62,183 nt of DNA from the NCBI GenBank assembly GCA_913053235.1, contig CAJXFT010000002.1, positions 1-62,183 of the forward strand, read 5' to 3'. The notes beneath the pieces are model-generated. The model saw only the letters and a program-made list of their open reading frames with translations, was not told where the DNA came from and did not search any database. Shown in pieces: positions 57,627 through 62,183 of the stretch (positions are counted from its first letter, which is position 1; every line of letters begins with the position of its first letter). The translations under genes and the position numbers were made by a program. This DNA is from an uncultured Alphaproteobacteria bacterium. GTDB taxonomy: Bacteria; Pseudomonadota; Alphaproteobacteria; UBA828.

Positions 57627-58654
57627 AAGCGGCGGTGATCCATGACTATGGCGCGGGTTTCGACACCATTAAATATGAGGATGTGCAAACCCCCGTGCCG
57701 GACAGCGGCGAGCTGCTGATCAAGGTGCACGCCAACGCCGTCAACCATTGCGATACCGATTTGCGCAAGGGCCTCTTCGGCGTCGCCAGCACGATGCCGC
57801 ATGTGATGGGCGTCGATGCCGTCGGCGAGATCGTTCATGTCGGCGAGGGGGTAAGCGAGTTTCAGCCGGGCGACCGCGTCGCGCCACATTTCATGCTGAC
57901 CTGCGGGGTTTGCCGCGATTGCATCGACGGCAGGGAAAATCTCTGCGCCAACGCCGAGGTGCTCGGCGTCACGGTGTGGGGCGGCTATGGCGAATATCTC
58001 AAATGCGGACAGCATCATGTCGTGCCTATCCCCGACGGCCTTTCCTGGGTCGATGCGGTGGCCGGGCAGGTGCCCTTCGCCACCGCCTGGGAAGCGCTGG
58101 TAGAGGTCGCCGCGATCAGAGCCGGCGAGAACGTGCTGGTGACGGCGGCGGGCGGCGGCGTCGGCTCGGCCGGGGTGCAGATCGCCAAGCTGGCCGGTGC
58201 GCGGGTGATCGCGGCGGCGGGCGACGACGGCAAGCTCGAGCGCGCCCGCGAACTCGGCGCCGACGAGGTCATCAATTACCGAAAAGAGCATATCGGCGAG
58301 GTTGCGCGGGCGCTTACGGGCGGGCGCGGCGTCGATGTCTGCCTCGAGATGATCGGCGGCGACATCCTCGTGCAGTCCATCGACGCGCTGGCGGCCGGCG
58401 CGCGCTTGGCCACCATCGGCGCCCATGGCGGCGAGCGGGTCGAGCTCGATTTCGTCGAGTTCTTCCGCAAGCATATCACCGTGCATGGCTGTGGCCGCTC
58501 GACCAAGGCGCAGGTGATAAAGGTGCTCGACCTGATGGCGCGCGGCAAGCTCAAGCCGGTGGTGCACAAGACCTTCGGCCTCGACGAGGCGGGCGCCGCG
58601 CATGAGTTGATGGAAAGCCGAAATTTCTTCGGCCGCATGGTGCTGACGCGGTGA
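57623..58654 (+). CDS. Zinc-binding alcohol dehydrogenase / MDR-family oxidoreductase
   Basis: ATG 57623 (ATGA overlap with the HDAC gene). MKAAVIHDYG, structural-Zn Cys cluster CGVCRDCIDGRENLC, and Rossmann motif AAGGGVGSAGVQIAKLAGARV. Confidence 0.85.
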   Translation: MKAAVIHDYGAGFDTIKYEDVQTPVPDSGELLIKVHANAVNHCDTDLRKGLFGVASTMPHVMGVDAVGEIVHVGEGVSEFQPGDRVAPHFMLTCGVCRDCIDGRENLCANAEVLGVTVWGGYGEYLKCGQHHVVPIPDGLSWVDAVAGQVPFATAWEALVEVAAIRAGENVLVTAAGGGVGSAGVQIAKLAGARVIAAAGDDGKLERARELGADEVINYRKEHIGEVARALTGGRGVDVCLEMIGGDILVQSIDALAAGARLATIGAHGGERVELDFVEFFRKHITVHGCGRSTKAQVIKVLDLMARGKLKPVVHKTFGLDEAGAAHELMESRNFFGRMVLTR

Positions 58655-58672
58655 CGGCCGAGCGCTGGCGAA

Positions 58673-59644
58673 TTAGCCGAGAGCGCCGATCAAACGTTTC
58701 AACTGGGCGGCTTCTTTCTTGATGATCTGCGCTGCTTCAGCTTTCAGGTCTTTAATGTTTTTGGCGCTGGCATCGTCCATATCGTCATTGGCTACATCAA
58801 GCTCCGTATCCAAGCGAAAATATCGCTGCTGCTTTCCTTTGCTTTTATCGGGCAGAAGCTGCTGGAGGTGATAATCCGCCGCGTCGGCTTCGCCATCCAT
58901 CATCACGCTGAGGATCGGAACCACCCATCCCAATTTTCCCCAATCCTTGGCGTCGTCATATTCGATTCTCCGCGTCGCGACGCCGGTCCCCAACGAGAGC
59001 AGGAAAATTTCCTGCGATTCCTTTCTCAGCGACATTGCCTCGACATAGGCGCACATCGCCGGATTGTTGACGAAAACGCCGCCGTCAATGAGGGCGCGGC
59101 GCGTCGGTTTTTCGGCCAGGCTTTCGACGATTTTGGGTTCAAAAAATGTCGGAGCCGCGGAAGTGGCGCGGGCCACGTCTTTCAGAAAATGGTTACGATC
59201 CTCGGCATTCCGAGCCGCGCTTGTTTTAAAAAAATAGGGCTCGCGATTTTCAATGTCGTACGCCGTCACGACAATCGGCTTGATACAGCGCGACAGTTTT
59301 GCGTTGCCAAGATATTCCTGCAGCAATTTTTCCAGAGGTTTGTGGCTATACGTCTCATCGAAGGCGCCCCAGGCCGAGGTGAAGCCGCGCCAGGTCGAGC
59401 GGGCAAATATCTCTCCACCGCGCTCGCTATAAAGTTTGAGCAAATCATCGGCGGAATGCTTGGCTTTCCCGTGCCTGTTGCGAACCGTATATCCGGCCGC
59501 CAGGATGCCGCCCGTCGAAGTGCCGACAATGAGGTCAAACATCTCCGCGACGGATTTTCCCGTCTCTTTTTCCAGGTGAGACAGCAACACCGCCGGTATC
59601 ACACCGCGGATGCCACCGCCGTCAATAGAAAGTACTTTGAACAT
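58673..59644 (-). CDS. Patatin-like phospholipase
   Basis: ATG 59644 (MFKVLSIDGGGIRGV). Oxyanion motif DGGGIRG, nucleophile elbow GTSTGG, and catalytic Asp LIDGGVFVNNP. Confidence 0.85.
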   Translation of the reverse strand: MFKVLSIDGGGIRGVIPAVLLSHLEKETGKSVAEMFDLIVGTSTGGILAAGYTVRNRHGKAKHSADDLLKLYSERGGEIFARSTWRGFTSAWGAFDETYSHKPLEKLLQEYLGNAKLSRCIKPIVVTAYDIENREPYFFKTSAARNAEDRNHFLKDVARATSAAPTFFEPKIVESLAEKPTRRALIDGGVFVNNPAMCAYVEAMSLRKESQEIFLLSLGTGVATRRIEYDDAKDWGKLGWVVPILSVMMDGEADAADYHLQQLLPDKSKGKQQRYFRLDTELDVANDDMDDASAKNIKDLKAEAAQIIKKEAAQLKRLIGALG

Positions 59645-59789
59645 TGCCCTGCTCCCCTTGATATGAAAACGACAGAAATTCACCCGAACAAAAACGCCGG
59701 ATAGGTATTTCAATCAATTTATGTAACGAACATTGAATATCAAGTTGGCCATGCCTAATTATACGGGAATTAATTAAGCTGGCGCGGGC

Positions 59790-60188
59790 TCAGCGCATCT
59801 CCTTGCCGGCGCAGTCCTTGTTGTACTCCCTCGCCTTGGCGTTGAAGGCGTCGCGGCGCCGCGTCAGCTCGGGCAGCAGCTCGCCGTTGTAGCGCTCGAT
59901 GGTCAGGCCGTATTGGCCGACCTTGGCGTTATAGGCGAGCACGCTCTCGCGATCGCTCGCATCCAGCTTCTCCTTCATGTTTTCCAGGAGCGCGCCCTGT
60001 TGCTCGATCAGACGGCGCGCCCGCGCCACCCGGTCATCATGACTGTCGAGCCGGTCTTCCAGGCCTTCCAATTGATGCTGAAGATGGGCGCAGCGCGCCG
60101 CCTCTTCAGGCGGCAGTTCCTCGGCCGCCAGGGCCGGCATTGCCGCCATTGCCAGGATTGGGACGAGCAAAAATAAAAGGCGCATCAC
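59790..60188 (-). CDS. Secreted coiled-coil protein, function unknown
   Basis: 132 aa. Signal peptide MMRLLFLLVPILAMAAMPALAAE. Heptad-like charged helices and two Cys residues. No family recognised. Confidence 0.5.
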   Translation of the reverse strand: MMRLLFLLVPILAMAAMPALAAEELPPEEAARCAHLQHQLEGLEDRLDSHDDRVARARRLIEQQGALLENMKEKLDASDRESVLAYNAKVGQYGLTIERYNGELLPELTRRRDAFNAKAREYNKDCAGKEMR

Positions 60189-60233
60189 GCGCCCGATTAT
60201 ACGCCCTCTGGCGGGGCGGGTCAGCGCTTGTGT

Positions 60234-60791
60234 TCAGCGCCGCTTGGCGGGCGCCTTGAGGTCCAAACCGACGGCCATGCCGAAGCCTTCGCGCGCGATG
60301 CCGTTGGCGGCGCTTTCCAGCGTCCCCAGAAGATGGTCCAGGAGATGGGCTTCGCGATCCGACAATGCGGCCACCAGCTTCGCCTCATAGGCGCGCGCCA
60401 CCGGCACCACCTGAGCGTGGATATCAAGGCCGTCCTCGGTCGCAAAAAGCTTGGCGCGGCGGCGGTCGCGCTCATCGGAACGCCGCTCGATGCGCCCCGA
60501 TTCGAGCAGGCGGGAGACGGCGCGGCTGACCCGCACCTTGTCCATGGCGGCCAATTCGCAAATGGCGTTGCTGGAGACGCCGGGATAGCGCGAAATCACC
60601 GTAAGCACGCGCCAATCGGAAATGGTGAGGCCGAAGCGCACCGAATAAAGCCGCGCCAGGCCCCGGTTCACCAGGTTGGAAAGCGTCGCCAGCCGGTCGA
60701 CGATCAATTCCTGCGCTTTAGAATCGCCATTGCCTCGGCTATTGTCGCGCGCCGTACGTTTGGAGTTGGATTCGAGAAGTTTCGCGGTCAT
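60234..60791 (-). CDS. MarR-family transcriptional regulator
   Basis: Start moved to ATG 60791 (MTAKLLESNS). Winged HTH LTISDWRVLTVISRYPGVSSNAICELAAMDKVRVSRAVSRLLESGRIERRSDERDRRRAKL. Confidence 0.8.
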   Translation of the reverse strand: MTAKLLESNSKRTARDNSRGNGDSKAQELIVDRLATLSNLVNRGLARLYSVRFGLTISDWRVLTVISRYPGVSSNAICELAAMDKVRVSRAVSRLLESGRIERRSDERDRRRAKLFATEDGLDIHAQVVPVARAYEAKLVAALSDREAHLLDHLLGTLESAANGIAREGFGMAVGLDLKAPAKRR

Positions 60792-60863
60792 TCGATTGTT
60801 ATCTCTCACATGATCATAGCTGTGGCATTTACCTGATATTGGGCGATGGCGCGGCGTTCGCAA

Positions 60864-60877
60864 GTGACGACCGTCAC
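60864..60877. promoter_or_regulatory. Palindrome GTGACG-AC-CGTCAC in the MarR/FAH divergent intergenic region (candidate MarR operator)
   Basis: Perfect 6+6 inverted repeat read directly. A second palindrome, CGCCATGGCG, lies at 60898-60907. Position only; there is no functional evidence. Confidence 0.25.
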
Positions 60878-60999
60878 AGACGGGATAATTGGCTGATCGC
60901 CATGGCGGGTTTGTGCGACAATCCTTGTGCCGGGAACGGCGTGGTGTGGGCCGATTGCGTCAACTCCGGGAAGAATTGTTTGAAAAAGGACGCAGCGAC

Positions 61000-61992
61000 A
61001 TGAAACTCGCCTCGCTCAAGGGAAACAGCCGCGACGGCAGCCTGATCGTGGTCGACCGCGCATTGCAGCGCGCCGTATCGGCGCGGGCGCTGGCGCCCAC
61101 CTTGCGCGCCGCGCTCGACGATTGGCCGGCGCTGGAGCCGGGCCTGAGAGCCCTGGCCGAGGATTTAGAGGCGGGGCGCGCGGCGGATAGCTTCGCCCTC
61201 GATTTCGCCGCCTTGACGGCGCCGCTGCCGCGCGCGGCGCAGTTCCTCGACGCCAGCGGCTATCTTAACCATGTCGAGCTGGCGCGCCGCGCCGCCGGCG
61301 ACAGCCTGCCCGACACGCTGGAGAGCGACCCGCTGATGTATCAGGGCGCGTCCGAGCCGCTCGGCGGCCCGCGCCATCCGATCCACGCCGCCGACGAAAG
61401 CTGGGGCATCGATTTCGAAGCCGAATCGGCGGTCGTCACCGGCGCCATCGCGATGGGCGCGGACGCCCAGGAAGCGGGGCGCGGCATCCGCCTGATCATG
61501 CTGTTGAACGACGTCTCGGCGCGCCGCCTGGTGCCGGCGGAGCTCGCCAAGGGCTTCGGCTTTATCCACGGCAAGCCGCCCAGCGCCTGCTCCGCCGTGG
61601 CGCTCACGCCGGACGAGTTGGGCGCCGCCTGGGACGGCCAGCGCCTGCACGGGCGCATCGTCAGCACGTTGAACGGCAAACTGATCGGCGACCCGGATTG
61701 CGGCGTCGAGATGCATTTCGGCTATCCCGAGCTGCTCGCCTTCGCCGCCAAGACACGCGCCCTCGGCCCCGGCACGATCCTCGGTTCCGGCACGGTCTCC
61801 AACAGCGACCGCGGCCGCGGCTCGTCCTGCCTGCTTGAGCGGCGCATGATCGAAAAGGTCGACAAGCTCGACCGCCGCACCGATTTGATGCGCTTCGGCG
61901 ACATTGTCCAAATTGACATGACCGACGCGGAAGGCAGGAGCATTTTCGGCGCCATCGAGCAGAGAATGGAGAGAGCAACGGCCGGCGCGTGA
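61000..61992 (+). CDS. Fumarylacetoacetate hydrolase (FAH) family protein
   Basis: Start moved to ATG 61000 (MKLASLKGNSRDGSLIVV). C-terminal FAH-fold region: WGIDFEAESAVVTG, LLNDVSARRL, GTILGSGTVSN. Confidence 0.8.
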   Translation: MKLASLKGNSRDGSLIVVDRALQRAVSARALAPTLRAALDDWPALEPGLRALAEDLEAGRAADSFALDFAALTAPLPRAAQFLDASGYLNHVELARRAAGDSLPDTLESDPLMYQGASEPLGGPRHPIHAADESWGIDFEAESAVVTGAIAMGADAQEAGRGIRLIMLLNDVSARRLVPAELAKGFGFIHGKPPSACSAVALTPDELGAAWDGQRLHGRIVSTLNGKLIGDPDCGVEMHFGYPELLAFAAKTRALGPGTILGSGTVSNSDRGRGSSCLLERRMIEKVDKLDRRTDLMRFGDIVQIDMTDAEGRSIFGAIEQRMERATAGA

Positions 61993-62001
61993 ATTGATAA
62001 G

Positions 62002-62027
62002 CCCTTCTTCCCCGAGGGGAAGAGGGG
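62002..62027 (+). terminator. GC-rich hairpin after the FAH gene (possible intrinsic terminator or REP-like element)
   Basis: CCCTTCTTCCCC-GA-GGGGAAGAGGGG (11/12 pairing), followed only by TT. A second copy of the right arm (GGGGAGAAGGGG) lies at 62030-62041. Confidence 0.3.
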
Positions 62028-62183
62028 TTGGGGAGAAGGGGCAAACTTAGCGCGCGCAGCGCGCTCGCGGGTGTGCCGCTTGGAAGAGTCTTTGTGGGTT
62101 CCGGTGCATGCCGGGCGGGCGCCGGAGGGGCATCCGCGCGGGTCTCTTTTGTTTAGCCCTCAATCGCCGGGCGGTCGCATCCG

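Noticed and set aside
58673-59644. Patatin-like lipase as a CBASS (CapV-type) or other anti-phage effector.
   Set aside because: No cyclic-nucleotide synthase, E1/E2/JAB, SAVED or other defence partners are adjacent. The neighbours are a Zn-ADH and a small secreted protein.

Overview
All calls below come from motif and architecture recognition by eye; no searches or computations were run. This is a high-GC window (roughly mid-60s % by eye) that looks alphaproteobacterial. It splits into two parts.

(1) Positions 1-38854 look like an accessory catabolic island.
- Left edge: the C-terminal end of an IS630-family transposase.
- Right edge: a scar made of a frameshifted remnant of a molybdenum-hydroxylase large subunit, a DDE (rve-type) transposase C-terminal fragment, and a tRNA 3' fragment ending in CCA.
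- The island is very rich in molybdoenzymes. It holds four complete xanthine-oxidase/CoxLMS-family heterotrimer gene sets, in gene orders M-G-S-L, L-M-S, L-M-S and M-S-L.
- It also holds a MoxR/VWA (CoxD/CoxE-like) pair and a three-subunit DMSO-reductase-family complex (catalytic, 4x[4Fe-4S] and membrane-anchor subunits) with no Tat signal.
- Other island genes: a DMT exporter/importer, two paralogous luciferase-like monooxygenases, and a TorT-family binding protein with ABC importer.
- An N,N-dimethylformamidase-like large subunit is flanked by two divergent paralogous small proteins, followed by an NTF2-like protein.
- The most unusual unit is a translationally coupled minus-strand operon (9053->317). 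It joins a split PEP-synthase-type phosphotransferase (phenylphosphate-synthase PpsA/PpsB-like architecture) to a molybdenum hydroxylase, a tail-anchored CoxG, an HD phosphohydrolase and a GntR regulator.

(2) Positions 38946-62183 look like core genome. They encode:
- a TPR/GT41 glycosyltransferase, a giant AsmA-family protein, a DUF4169-like protein and a lipoprotein;
- hslO-argF-argD;
- an ABC-2 permease and an MscS-family channel;
- a CheY-like receiver interrupted by an in-frame amber codon, next to a hybrid histidine kinase;
- an HDAC-like deacetylase, a Zn-ADH, a patatin-like lipase, a MarR regulator and an FAH-family hydrolase.

Start codons are often re-assigned relative to the ORF track.
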